The notes under the pieces are model-generated. The model had not been told where the DNA came from. It was given only the letters and a program-made list of their open reading frames with translations, and did no database searches. 64,000 nt of DNA from Promethearchaeota archaeon (GTDB lineage Archaea; Asgardarchaeota; Lokiarchaeia; Sigyniarchaeales; SOKP01), in assembly GCA_016839745.1 (NCBI GenBank), contig JAEOTS010000141.1:2138-66137 (forward strand), read 5' to 3'. Each line of letters opens with the position of its first letter. Position 1 is the first letter of the stretch. Positions 37,470 to 47,641 of this stretch are shown one piece after another. The position numbers and the translations under genes are program-made.

Positions 37470-39632
37470 GTGGTGATTCATATTACTCAATGTACGAATG
37501 AGCTGTGTATAGACGAAGAACTTGAAGAGGAAGAAGAAGAATCGTTTTTCGAGGAAAAATTTTGGTATTTCATAATACCATCCGTAATATTACTTGGAAT
37601 CTCAATCGCATTAGAATTTTTAACCGATGCAGTTTTATTGAGCCAAATTTTAGCAATTGCATCAATCTTACTCTCTTGTTATGGTATACTAAGAGAGGCA
37701 ATTGAAGATATTCTAGCTAAAAGAATCACTGCTAATATTCTTATGTTGGTCGCGGGAGTTGCTTCCTTTTTTATCTTACATGGTCAAGAAGGGGCTACAG
37801 CAATATTATTATACGCCATTGCAGAGTATCTGGAGGAATTAACTACAGATAAGTCCAGAAACGCAATTAAGGAGTTGCTTGAATTAGCACCAGATGAAGC
37901 ACTACTGAAAACTCAAGAAGGTTATGATTTTGTACCCACCCGACAAATAAAAATAGGCGATATCGTTGGTATTAAACCTGGAATGAAAGTACCAATAGAC
38001 GGAAAAATTATTAAAGGAGAATCTTATTTGGATGAGAGCGCAATAACAGGGGAATCTCTTCCTGTATTTAAAAGTATAAACGATGAAATTTTTGCTGCCA
38101 GTATTAATAGCGATAGTTTTATCGATATAGAAGTAATTAGAGAAAGTTCTAATACAGTAGTCGCAAAAATAGCCGAGAGTGTCAAATTAGCACGCCAAAA
38201 TAAAAGCAAAAACGAAAAATTCATTGAGAAGTTTGCCAGATATTACACTCCTATCATATTAATTAGTTCACTTCTCGTAATGTTTATACCTCCGTTATTA
38301 CTTAGCTTAGATTTTAACACATGGTTTTACCGAGGGCTTATTTTATTAGTTGTTTCTTGTCCTTGTGCCCTCACATTATCAACTCCGTTAGCTAACATAG
38401 CGGCTCTTACGAAATTGGCAAAGGAAGGGATACTTGTTAAGGGGAATAAATTTATAGAAAAAGCGAAGACGATAGAACTAATCGCTTTTGACAAGACTGG
38501 AACTTTAACTGAAGGAAACTTAAAAGTATTTGATGTTTTTGAATATTCCCTTGATAAACAAGAGATTATAAAAATAGCTGCAAGTTTAGAGGTTCTTTCA
38601 GAACACCCAATTGGAAAAGCCATAGTTCATCAGGCTAAACACATGGATTTATCATTATACTCTGTTGATTCTTTTAAGATTGTCAAAGGTAAAGGTATCA
38701 AAGGTGAAATTAGCGGAGAATCTTACTATGTTGGGAGCAAAAAATATCTTGAAGAACTTAAATTTAACCTACCTGAGGGTGTCTTTGAAGATATTGAATT
38801 AGCGGGAACAATTCCTATCTTACTTGGAACTAATAACAAAATTTTAGGAATTATCACAATTCGAGATGTTTTAAGGGTTTCAGCACCTCTCCTGATTGAT
38901 GGATTGAAAAAACGAGGACTTAAGTCTGCGATGATCTCAGGGGATAATCAATTAGTGTGCAATACTATTGGTGCGTGTTTAGATATTGATACTTCCTACG
39001 GAGAATTACTACCAGACCAGAAATTAGAGGAAATTAAAGAATTAAAGCAGAATTATAAGGGGGTAGCGATGGTTGGGGATGGAATAAATGACGCTCCTGC
39101 TTTAGCGTTATCAGACCTTGGAATTGCGATTGGAGCTTCTGCTACGGATTTAACTTTAGAAACCGCAGACATTATAATAATGAGCGACGATTTAAAAAAA
39201 ATAGTAACTTTTTTTGATATTTCTAAAAAAACTAATAGAATTATAAGACAAAATATCTGGACATCAATTATTGTCAAGGTTACTTTCGCAATTTTAACCG
39301 TAATTGGCTTAATGACACTCTGGTTGGCAGTTGGAATAGGGGATATGGGCGTTTCATTAATAGTATTAATAAACGGTATGACAATATTCAGGTATAGAAC
39401 AAAATTTAAAGACATTTCAGTAGAACATCTGGAAAGTGATGCAAAAGCTATCATTTGTAAATCATGTGAAACTAAAAATATCATACCTCAACATCATGGA
39501 CGCGATATGGTTGAAAAAGAAGGAAAATTAATATGTTGGAGAAAATTACTTAGTAGCGACGATTTAGAACCTTGTGAAGAAGAACTACCTCTCTTTTGCC
39601 CAAAATGTGAAAATGAATTAGAGGTAGTTTAG
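37470..39632 (+). CDS. P1B-type heavy-metal-translocating ATPase with C-terminal zinc ribbon
   Basis: TGES, transmembrane SCPCAL, phosphorylation site DKTGTLT, and hinge GDGINDAP. No N-terminal GMxCxxC HMA domain is present. C-terminal CKSCE...CPKCE. GTG start. Confidence 0.9.
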   Translation: MVIHITQCTNELCIDEELEEEEEESFFEEKFWYFIIPSVILLGISIALEFLTDAVLLSQILAIASILLSCYGILREAIEDILAKRITANILMLVAGVASFFILHGQEGATAILLYAIAEYLEELTTDKSRNAIKELLELAPDEALLKTQEGYDFVPTRQIKIGDIVGIKPGMKVPIDGKIIKGESYLDESAITGESLPVFKSINDEIFAASINSDSFIDIEVIRESSNTVVAKIAESVKLARQNKSKNEKFIEKFARYYTPIILISSLLVMFIPPLLLSLDFNTWFYRGLILLVVSCPCALTLSTPLANIAALTKLAKEGILVKGNKFIEKAKTIELIAFDKTGTLTEGNLKVFDVFEYSLDKQEIIKIAASLEVLSEHPIGKAIVHQAKHMDLSLYSVDSFKIVKGKGIKGEISGESYYVGSKKYLEELKFNLPEGVFEDIELAGTIPILLGTNNKILGIITIRDVLRVSAPLLIDGLKKRGLKSAMISGDNQLVCNTIGACLDIDTSYGELLPDQKLEEIKELKQNYKGVAMVGDGINDAPALALSDLGIAIGASATDLTLETADIIIMSDDLKKIVTFFDISKKTNRIIRQNIWTSIIVKVTFAILTVIGLMTLWLAVGIGDMGVSLIVLINGMTIFRYRTKFKDISVEHLESDAKAIICKSCETKNIIPQHHGRDMVEKEGKLICWRKLLSSDDLEPCEEELPLFCPKCENELEVV

Positions 39633-39687
39633 TTTATTTATATCTGTTCTAGTTTTCAAGAAATAAGACATCAAGATTTTTTTTAAA

Positions 39688-39772
39688 TGCGGGAAGGGAG
39701 ATTCGAACTCCCGAACCCCTACGGGACTGGATTCTGAGTCCAGCGCCTTTGACCAAACTTGGCAATTCCCGC
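39688..39772 (-). tRNA. tRNA-Leu (anticodon CAG), type II with long variable arm
   Basis: Hand-folded cloverleaf: GCGGGAA/TTCCCGC acceptor, CTGGA-CTCAGAA-TCCAG anticodon arm, variable arm CCC-GTA-GGG, T arm GGGAG-TTCGAAT-CTCCC, discriminator A. No encoded CCA. Confidence 0.93.
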
Positions 39773-39971
39773 GTTTAAAAAGGTATTAAAACCAGTTAAT
39801 TCTCATAAAAATTGAGATTGAAGAATATAATTACTCGAAATTTTTATATCTTTTGAACTTTCCAGTAGTTAAATTTATGATTTTAACATGGTTTAAAATA
39901 AAAAGATCCTTATCTTCAAATAAAAGAGATGTTATTGCTTCTATAAATAAAAGAGAGTAAAGTTAGATTAT

Positions 39972-40766
39972 ATGCCAAATCTAGAAATTAACAACTTTAG
40001 ATTGTATTACGAAATTTACGGTGATGGTCCTTCTCTATTGATGATCTTAGGAATTGGAGCAAACATTAATTGGTGGGGGAAATACTTCATAAATGGATTA
40101 GCAAAACATTTTAAAGTAATAGTTTTTGATAATAGGGGAACAGGACAATCTGAGGATCCAAAACAAGATTATTTCATAAAACTATTAGCGGATGATGCGA
40201 TTGGTTTATTAAATGCCTTGAACATTGATAAAGCTTACGTTTTCGGACATTCAATGGGTGGATATATCGCACAAGAGTTGGCTCTGAATTATACTAGGGT
40301 AAATAAGCTTGTTTTATGTTCAACAAGTTGTGGAGGAAATAAAGCTATATTAGCTTCTCCAGAAGTGTTAGAAATACTAGGAAAAACAAGAAAAGGAAGA
40401 GATCCCGAAGAAGTTGCCAAGGAAAATTTAAAATTATTCTATTCAATTGAATTCATGGAAAATTATCCTAAACTCATTAATTTTGCGATCCAAAATATGG
40501 TCAAAGCGCCATTGGATTCTGATAGTTACTTACGACAAACGAAGGCAATTGAATTATTTGATACATGCAACCGGTTAAAAAATATAAAAATCCCAACGCT
40601 AATCCTTCATGGAATGAAAGACATATTAGTTCCAACTCAAAACGCAAATATTCTCGCCAACTTAATTCCAAACTCACAAGTAAAAATTATTTCTAAAAGC
40701 GCACATGCTCCTTTTGTCGAACAACCAGATTTAGTTCTAAAGGCTATATTTGATTTTCTAAGATAA
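39972..40766 (+). CDS. alpha/beta hydrolase fold protein
   Basis: HG-type N-terminus, nucleophile elbow GHSMGG, and late SAHAPF His motif. Confidence 0.8.
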   Translation: MPNLEINNFRLYYEIYGDGPSLLMILGIGANINWWGKYFINGLAKHFKVIVFDNRGTGQSEDPKQDYFIKLLADDAIGLLNALNIDKAYVFGHSMGGYIAQELALNYTRVNKLVLCSTSCGGNKAILASPEVLEILGKTRKGRDPEEVAKENLKLFYSIEFMENYPKLINFAIQNMVKAPLDSDSYLRQTKAIELFDTCNRLKNIKIPTLILHGMKDILVPTQNANILANLIPNSQVKIISKSAHAPFVEQPDLVLKAIFDFLR

Positions 40767-40855
40767 ATTCTACATCAATTTTTATAGCAAAAAGAATAAT
40801 ATATTATTATTCCTAACTAACTAATAATGAATTATAGCAATGTTGATGATGCAAA

Positions 40856-41605
40856 ATGTCAAATGAAGAACCAAAGAATGGAAAGAGGAAGAAAGAAGAA
40901 GATATTGGTGCAAGACAAAGTCAGACTATTACAGTCTATCAATTTAACGATGAGATTGGTGATTTCGAAGAGTTGATAATCGATCCAGATGTACAGTTGA
41001 AAGATTTATTAGACGACGATTTTGTTCTTCTTTTTGTAGACCCCCAACATTTTAGAGTCTGGTTATGGCACGGATTCAACACTACTACGAGAATGAAATT
41101 TATAGCTGCAAAAATGGCTCCAGCCATAAGAGATAAACACGGGATTGCTTTTAAAATTACTGCTGTTGACCAAGATAACGAAACTAATGCATTTTTAGTA
41201 ATGATGGGTTTAGCAGAAGAAATTGATTACGATCAAGCCCAAACGGGACCTGCTTATGGAGGAACAACAGAGGATCTTGAACTCCTTGAATCGTTATCAA
41301 GAGAAAAAATTCTCCTTCTTTTAGAGAAAGAAGGAATTCCTGATGGATACGAACGGAAAATGGTAATAGTAAAGAATACTATTTTTGGCTATCGTGAGTA
41401 TGAACGAAATTATTTAGGTTCTGTTATAAAAGAAAAGCAACTCTTTCCTTTAAAAGAAGAAATTGCAGACGGGAATTATTTTGCGGATGATCTTGTTCCT
41501 CGTATGCTTTTCTCTTATAACAATGTAGTTCTAACAGAATTATTACAAAAAGTAGAAAAAGACGACATTATAATAAAGAAATCACTTAAAGATTTAGATG
41601 CATAA
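40856..41605 (+). CDS. gelsolin/villin-fold domain protein
   Basis: [69 protein letters not shown] aligns block by block with gelsolin G1. The matching G1 blocks are [23 protein letters not shown], IRD and [16 protein letters not shown]. Confidence 0.6.
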   Translation: [249 protein letters not shown]

Positions 41606-41607
41606 AA

Positions 41608-41760
41608 ATGAGTACACCCAGATCAAGACAAAGTGCAAAAAGAAGGAATTACGTTAAAAAAAGGAAAAAAAAACTCACTAAAAATGGAATTATATTAATT
41701 CTCATACTTTTTGCGAGCACTGTTGTAAGTGTTTTCTTGGTTTTATTCTCTTTACCCTAA
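41608..41760 (+). CDS. small (50 aa) basic tail-anchored membrane peptide, hypothetical
   Basis: Not in the ORF track (under 60 aa). The ATG is 2 nt after the gelsolin-like gene stop. It encodes MSTPRSRQSAKRRNYVKKRKKKLTKNG followed by one TM (IILILILFASTVVSVFLVLF). Confidence 0.35.
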   Translation: MSTPRSRQSAKRRNYVKKRKKKLTKNGIILILILFASTVVSVFLVLFSLP

Positions 41761-41798
41761 GTTTTAGGAATAAGCAAGTATTTAATGATTTGGTGTAA

Positions 41799-42512
41799 AT
41801 GAAACTAAGGCGAATTGATATTGTTTTTACATTTTTACTTATAATCATTACGATCGTTTCAATCGATTTCATAATAAACGAATCTCATCGGGAAATTATT
41901 GAGAATATATCTAAATATCCCCCATTTCAAGATTTAGCTTCAGGTTTATTTATAACATTCCTAATTTGCTTGATTGGGAATGTATTACCAATTCCTACTC
42001 CTTACACATTTGTAGTTTGCTTTAGCTCTTTACCCTTCTTACAAATGAATCCTTTCATTCCTATTATTGTCGCCTTTATCGCTAGTTTAGGATGCATGAT
42101 TGGAGAAATTGGAGGATATATTGTAGGTAGAGGGGCTTCAGCTTTTATATCTGAAGAACGGAGTCAGACTTTAAAGAAATATCAGTTATTCTTAATAGAA
42201 CATCCAACGACCGCACCCCTTTTGATATTTATATTTGGTCTTACACCTTTAAATGATGATTTTATAACAATACCCCTTGGAATTATTAAATATAGTTTTC
42301 TAAAGACAATTTTTTGGTGTTGGTTAGGTAAATTGGGTTTGATGCTAATTTTTTCCTATAACCTATTTAATATTTGTAGCCTTTTAGGAGGAGAAAGCTG
42401 GATTTTAAGTATAACATCTCTTTATTTAATTATTATTGTCATGTATATATTGATTAAAATAGATTTATTATCTTTCTTTAGGAATCTCGTTGAAAAAAGA
42501 AACAAAAATTAA
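41799..42512 (+). CDS. DedA / TVP38 (VTT-domain) family membrane protein
   Basis: Polytopic protein. GEIGGYIVGRG and TPLNDDFITIPLGIIKY re-entrant-loop-like motifs. Confidence 0.5.
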   Translation: MKLRRIDIVFTFLLIIITIVSIDFIINESHREIIENISKYPPFQDLASGLFITFLICLIGNVLPIPTPYTFVVCFSSLPFLQMNPFIPIIVAFIASLGCMIGEIGGYIVGRGASAFISEERSQTLKKYQLFLIEHPTTAPLLIFIFGLTPLNDDFITIPLGIIKYSFLKTIFWCWLGKLGLMLIFSYNLFNICSLLGGESWILSITSLYLIIIVMYILIKIDLLSFFRNLVEKRNKN

Positions 42513-42524
42513 AAAAAGGGTATT

Positions 42525-44051
42525 TTACTCCTTTTCTTTTATTTCGATACCATCAGGTAATGTAATGCTGTCTACCATCAAGCCTTCTGCTTTTCTATAA
42601 TCGTCGAACGTTCTCTCTTCCACTTTTTTCATATACATCAAAAGAGCATCCTCCATATTTTTCTCTAATTCATTAGGTTGATGTTCCTTAAGAATTGTAT
42701 CAACTTTTTCTCTTGCTCTTTCTATTATGTCTTTCGCACCTTTTTTCCACCAAGTAGAACGTCTGGACCTGTCAGCTAATCGGGGCATATACAATTCGGA
42801 CCTCATATGTTTTCTCGTATGTGCTTCTGCGAGAAAATTTACTCCTTTTTTTTCACTTGTAGCTACTTTCTTTATAACATCTAAAGCAATAGTATCTTCG
42901 TTAACGGTTATTCCTTCAAGTGCTCTTTTTACCATACCGACTAAATCGTCATCAATGACCAGAAGCTCTAAGGCTTCAACCAAAGTAGCTTCATAGGTTC
43001 CCGCACAGGTAATGTAATTTACGCCAGCCTGAGCAGCAAGCATCAAAGTCTGTAAACGTTCAAATCCATTCTGTAAATCTAAGAGTTTAGAATCCGTCCC
43101 AGCTCCGGGTCCCCTTGAAGGGATGTTGTAAAAGCGAGCTAGTTGTGCAATGCCAGCTGTAATTAAGCCCATCTCTGCTGAACCCATAGCAGAGTTCCCA
43201 GAACGCATATCAGTAACATGAGAAACCGTACCAAAAAACACGGGCGCTCCAGGATTAAATATTTGTGATACCACAGCACTTCCTACGATTTCAGCATTAG
43301 TTTGGGTTATTAATCCCGCTAAAGTAACTGGAGCAGATGCGCCAGCTAAAGCTTCGGGAGCAATAATAGTAGGTTGCTTATATTTGGTAAATATTTGAAA
43401 CCCGTTTGTCATTATTTGAGGCAAATGCAACGGACTTGTCGGATTCATAAAACCAACAAATCGAGGATTTGAGATTAATTCTTCATCGCCACCTACAATA
43501 ATAGACGCCATATTCATCATATCTTGGGAAGCTAATCTTCCCAAGCATCCAAGACCGTATGGCTTTCTTGTATTCTTTACCCATTGATAAATACATTCAG
43601 AATGAATCGTTATATAGGACACATCATTTGGCCAAACATCGATGTGAGAGCACATTATATTTTCTAAACTGTCAATTACTTTAATTTGCTCTATAGTATC
43701 TGCTAAAACTGATTTCCTAACTCCCTTTTTACTAGAAGGATCGTATATTTTTACCGGTGTTCCGATTGTGGCAAATTGAGTTGTAGTTGTATTTACTTCA
43801 AAATTGAACGAGCCATCAGGACCATTTAATTTAAACGAATTTGGAACACTTTTTAATTTATCTTTCACAAGAGATTCCGGGAATTTTACAAAGTTTGTTT
43901 TCTCATCTGGTTCAGCACCTCCTTCTTTTAAAATATCTCTAGCATCTTTTGCATCAACTTTTATTCCAACTTCAGATAGTAAGGTCATTGACGCAGAATG
44001 AACTGCTTCAAGTTCATCTTTTGTGAAGACTTCAATTTTTTTTAACTTCAA
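42525..44051 (-). CDS. MttB-superfamily methyltransferase, non-pyrrolysine type
   Basis: The N-terminus aligns with Methanosarcina MttB (DELEAVHSASMTLLSEVGIKV...KFPESLV). The ORF is uninterrupted with no in-frame TAG. The Pyl position reads GAGTDSK. The TTG start overlaps the TGA of the corrinoid gene. Confidence 0.85.
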   Translation of the reverse strand: MKLKKIEVFTKDELEAVHSASMTLLSEVGIKVDAKDARDILKEGGAEPDEKTNFVKFPESLVKDKLKSVPNSFKLNGPDGSFNFEVNTTTTQFATIGTPVKIYDPSSKKGVRKSVLADTIEQIKVIDSLENIMCSHIDVWPNDVSYITIHSECIYQWVKNTRKPYGLGCLGRLASQDMMNMASIIVGGDEELISNPRFVGFMNPTSPLHLPQIMTNGFQIFTKYKQPTIIAPEALAGASAPVTLAGLITQTNAEIVGSAVVSQIFNPGAPVFFGTVSHVTDMRSGNSAMGSAEMGLITAGIAQLARFYNIPSRGPGAGTDSKLLDLQNGFERLQTLMLAAQAGVNYITCAGTYEATLVEALELLVIDDDLVGMVKRALEGITVNEDTIALDVIKKVATSEKKGVNFLAEAHTRKHMRSELYMPRLADRSRRSTWWKKGAKDIIERAREKVDTILKEHQPNELEKNMEDALLMYMKKVEERTFDDYRKAEGLMVDSITLPDGIEIKEKE

Positions 44052-44707
44052 GTATTTTTCACCTCTTCATTCATTATGCGTTTGATTAGTTCTACAGCTT
44101 CAATTGCGTCATCGGCCCACCCGTCAGCACCAATTTGCTCCGCCCAATCTTCTGAAGTAGGAGAACCTCCTACAATTACCTTGTATTTCTGTCTTAAACC
44201 TCTATTTTTAAGCTCTTCAATTACTTGCTTTTGAAAGTCCATAGACATTGTTAACAGAGATGAAAGACCTATAACATCCGCTCCTACTTCTTCTGCTTTA
44301 GAAATAAACTGATCAGCAGTAACTTCTACTCCTAAATTGTATACTTCAAATCCATTAGAAAATAGAAAGGATCCCACAAGATCTTTACCAATACTATGAA
44401 CATCACTTTCTACAGTTCCTATCACCACTTTACCCATTGTTTCCTTTTCCTCTCCAGCAGCTCTAATTGCAGGATCTAAAACTTCGTCAATAACAGCCTT
44501 TACAGTCTCAGCAGAACCAATTAACTCAGGCAAAAAGATTTCTTCATCTTCAAATTGATCTCCTACGTACTTCATGACTTCTCCGATCATCTTTAATAAA
44601 TTTGAAGCTGTAGCTGTATTACTTTTGAGATTTGATTGGCAGAAACTCTTCAACCCTTCTGTATCCCATTCGAGGACTAGATCTTTAATTTTCTCATTTA
44701 TCGACAC
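44048..44707 (-). CDS. corrinoid (cobalamin-binding) methyltransfer protein
   Basis: B12-binding DxHxxG motif (ESDVHSIGKD) and SSLLT / GG downstream blocks. N-terminal helical cap domain. Confidence 0.85.
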   Translation of the reverse strand: MSINEKIKDLVLEWDTEGLKSFCQSNLKSNTATASNLLKMIGEVMKYVGDQFEDEEIFLPELIGSAETVKAVIDEVLDPAIRAAGEEKETMGKVVIGTVESDVHSIGKDLVGSFLFSNGFEVYNLGVEVTADQFISKAEEVGADVIGLSSLLTMSMDFQKQVIEELKNRGLRQKYKVIVGGSPTSEDWAEQIGADGWADDAIEAVELIKRIMNEEVKNT

Positions 44708-44837
44708 TTTACGACCAGCTTGTAAATTATGATTTTTTTGTATTAAGATATAATCATTTGAAAAAAAAGTTTTTCATAAACCATTGGTTTATTATCATAG
44801 AATTACTCATCATCTTGAATTTCGAGATTGAAGAAAA

Positions 44838-46346
44838 ATGAAAATGAATAAACTTGAAGTATTAGAAAAAGATGAAATTGAACTTATACATGGAGAATCG
44901 TTAAAACTTTTAGAGAAAGTAGGAATCAAAGTCGAATCTGAAGAAGCACGCAATCTTTTAAAAGAAAATGGGGCAATTGTTGATAATTCTACTTATTTTG
45001 TGAAATTTCCAGAAGAATTAATTGCAGAACAGCTCAAACATGTGCCAAATAAATTTACTTTATGGGGGTCTGATGGATCTTTCAATTTTGAAGTAAATAC
45101 TAAGAGTGTGAACTTCGCAACTGTAGGAACTCCGGTTAAGATTTACGATCCAACAAAGAAGAAAGAGGTTAGAAAAACAGTTTTAGAAGATACGATTAAG
45201 CAAATTCGCATTGTAGATACCTTGAAAAATATAATGTGTTCGCATGTTGATGTGTGGCCGAATGATGTTCCGTATTTAGAGCTGCATTATCACGCAATAA
45301 AAGCGTGGGCAACCCATAGCACTAAACCTTATGGTTTAGGATGTTTAGGACGCGTAGCATCCCAAGATATGATGAATCTCACTTCTATCGTCGTAGGAGG
45401 TGAAGAAGAACTAAAGAAAAAACCTCGTTTGATTGGATTTTTCAATCCTGTTAGCCCACTCACTTTAAACAAATTGCAGTTAAACGGATTATTTGTATTT
45501 GCAAAACATAAACAACCCACAATAATCGCTCCAGCTGCTAGTGCGGGTGCAACTGCTCCTGTAACTCTAGCAGGCTTACTCATTCAATCCAACATGGAAA
45601 CATTATCTTCAATCACACTTGCCCAACTTATTAACCCCAGTTGTCCGGTCTTTTATTCAACAATGAATGCTCCAATGGATCCACCAACTGGTAATGTTGC
45701 GTGGGGATCGATTGAGACGGGTCTAATTACTATTGGAGCGGCACAATTAGCAGCCTATTACAACATACCTTCAAGGGGACCTGGTCTAGTTACTGAATCC
45801 AAATGTTTTGATATTCAAAATGGGTTTGAAAGGTTTATGACGCTTTTTTGTTCCGCTAACGCGGGAATAAATTACATTACTTGTGCGGGTACCTATGAGT
45901 CTTCTCTAGCAGAAGCGTTAGAGTTACTGGTTATTGATGATGAACTAATCGATATTGTTAAACGAGGGTTTAATGGCATACGAGTTGATGAGGAAAGTAT
46001 TGCTATTAATGAAATTACTAAAGTAGCATTAGAGAACAAAAATTATTTAATGTTAAGACACACTGCTAAAAATACTCGAAAAGAATTGTTTGTTCCGAAA
46101 TTAGCTGATAGAGATCGCCGGGGTATATGGCAGAGAAACGGGGCTAAAGATATAATTGAGAGAGCGAGAGAAAAAGTAGATAAAATTCTTGAAACACAAA
46201 AAGGTCCTGGAGTTTCTGAAGAAATTGAGGTAAAATTTCAAAAATATTTCAAGATTATATCATCTCGCAGTTATGATGATTTTCGAAAGGGTGAAGATAT
46301 GGATGATGTTACTGTGCCTAAAATTGTAAATGGTTTGGAGGATTAA
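44838..46346 (+). CDS. MttB-superfamily methyltransferase, non-pyrrolysine type (second paralog)
   Basis: Collinear with 42525-44051 (MKMNKLEVLEKDEIELIHGESLKLLEKVGIKV...). The Pyl position reads LVTESK. Confidence 0.85.
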   Translation: MKMNKLEVLEKDEIELIHGESLKLLEKVGIKVESEEARNLLKENGAIVDNSTYFVKFPEELIAEQLKHVPNKFTLWGSDGSFNFEVNTKSVNFATVGTPVKIYDPTKKKEVRKTVLEDTIKQIRIVDTLKNIMCSHVDVWPNDVPYLELHYHAIKAWATHSTKPYGLGCLGRVASQDMMNLTSIVVGGEEELKKKPRLIGFFNPVSPLTLNKLQLNGLFVFAKHKQPTIIAPAASAGATAPVTLAGLLIQSNMETLSSITLAQLINPSCPVFYSTMNAPMDPPTGNVAWGSIETGLITIGAAQLAAYYNIPSRGPGLVTESKCFDIQNGFERFMTLFCSANAGINYITCAGTYESSLAEALELLVIDDELIDIVKRGFNGIRVDEESIAINEITKVALENKNYLMLRHTAKNTRKELFVPKLADRDRRGIWQRNGAKDIIERAREKVDKILETQKGPGVSEEIEVKFQKYFKIISSRSYDDFRKGEDMDDVTVPKIVNGLED

Positions 46347-46349
46347 ATA

Positions 46350-47633
46350 ATGTCTGACGATAAGAGAAAAAAAACACCAGATCAAAAAAATAAGGAATTG
46401 AGAGAGAAATGGGATAAGTTACACTTTGACTCACAGCAAGGAAGAGCTGGTGAGGATCCTTATCCTACAGCAGAAGGGAGCTTAAGAACACCTCTATATG
46501 CAACGAAATCATACGCTTATTCTTCTTTAACAGAATTCCTAAAAAATCACTATATTTATTCTCGTACAGAAAACCCTACTTTATACGCCCTTGATCAAAA
46601 GCTTGCTACACTTCATGGCGGTAAAAATGCAGTTTCCGTGGCTTCAGGGATGGCTGCAGTCCATTTAGCGTGTTCGAGCATATTACAACGCCGTGTAGAA
46701 AGATTACGTCCAAAAAAAATTAGAGCTTTACTACCTCAAACTAATCCTGAAAACATTCCCAATGTTATTATTCACAATAATCAATATACTGGAGTTTACC
46801 GCCTATTAACCAAAATTTACTCTCAAATTGGTGTTATGACAAAAATTGTCGATATGAGAGACCTTAAGGAATTAAAGAATGCAATTGATGAAAATACTAA
46901 ACTTATATTCGTTGAAACACCTTCTAATCCAAATTTAGATGTTTTAGACATTCAGGGATGTGCAGATTTAATCCATGAAGTAAACGGGAGATGTATTGTC
47001 GATAACACTTTTGCATCTCCAGCGTTACAAAAACCATTAAGCGTAGGGGCAGACCTGGTTGTTGAAAGTCTTACTAAATATGTTAATGGGCATGGAGATA
47101 CCTTAGGAGGTGCGATAATAGGACCAAAAAATGAATTGCTAAACATTAGGTATTTCTGGTTAGAAACACAAGGAGCTGTAATGCATCCATTCAGTGCTTG
47201 GTTAATATTAAGAGGGTGTAGAACTCTTAGCATGAGGATGGAGCGCCATTGTTCAAACGCTATGAAAGCCGCAAAATTTTTAGATTCACATCCAAAAGTA
47301 GCAAAAGTGATATATCCCGGCTTAGAATCACACCCAGATCATACATTAGCTAAAAAGCAAATGACAGATTTCGGAGGTATGATTGGTTTCGAACTAGAGA
47401 CAATCGAAGAATGCTATAAATTTATCGATTTGTTAAAATTAATCAAAGTCGGAGTATCGCTAGGAGATACTACCTCACTAATAGAATACACATCAGTTAT
47501 GACTGGGTTTGACCTTGCTTCTTGGGAAAAACGTAGAATGAATATGTCAGATACACATTTCAGATTTTCAATAGGTTTAGAAGACCCCAATGACATTATA
47601 AAAGATTTAGAACAAGCTCTTAAGCAAATATAA
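46350..47633 (+). CDS. Cys/Met-metabolism PLP-dependent enzyme (cystathionine gamma-synthase / Met gamma-lyase / OAH sulfhydrylase family)
   Basis: YSRTENPT, SGMAA, and the PLP-lysine block ESLTKYVNGHGDTLGG. Starts 3 nt after the MttB stop. Confidence 0.8.
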   Translation: MSDDKRKKTPDQKNKELREKWDKLHFDSQQGRAGEDPYPTAEGSLRTPLYATKSYAYSSLTEFLKNHYIYSRTENPTLYALDQKLATLHGGKNAVSVASGMAAVHLACSSILQRRVERLRPKKIRALLPQTNPENIPNVIIHNNQYTGVYRLLTKIYSQIGVMTKIVDMRDLKELKNAIDENTKLIFVETPSNPNLDVLDIQGCADLIHEVNGRCIVDNTFASPALQKPLSVGADLVVESLTKYVNGHGDTLGGAIIGPKNELLNIRYFWLETQGAVMHPFSAWLILRGCRTLSMRMERHCSNAMKAAKFLDSHPKVAKVIYPGLESHPDHTLAKKQMTDFGGMIGFELETIEECYKFIDLLKLIKVGVSLGDTTSLIEYTSVMTGFDLASWEKRRMNMSDTHFRFSIGLEDPNDIIKDLEQALKQI

Positions 47634-47641
47634 AAAAAAAT

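Noticed and set aside
39633-39971. tRNA-Leu as an integration hotspot for a mobile element.
   Set aside because: There is no integrase, no direct repeat of the tRNA 3' end, and no compositional shift in the flanking genes.
40783-40812. Possible third copy of the 40-nt AT-rich element (tttatagcaaaaagaataatata) upstream of the gelsolin-like gene.
   Set aside because: It needs a 2-nt gap and several mismatches. At this AT content the similarity may only reflect a generic TATA-box/promoter consensus.
42525-46346. Possible pyrrolysine (in-frame TAG) in the MttB genes.
   Set aside because: Both ORFs are continuous over ~500 codons, and the position aligned to Pyl in Methanosarcina MttB is Thr. 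No pyl genes are in the window.
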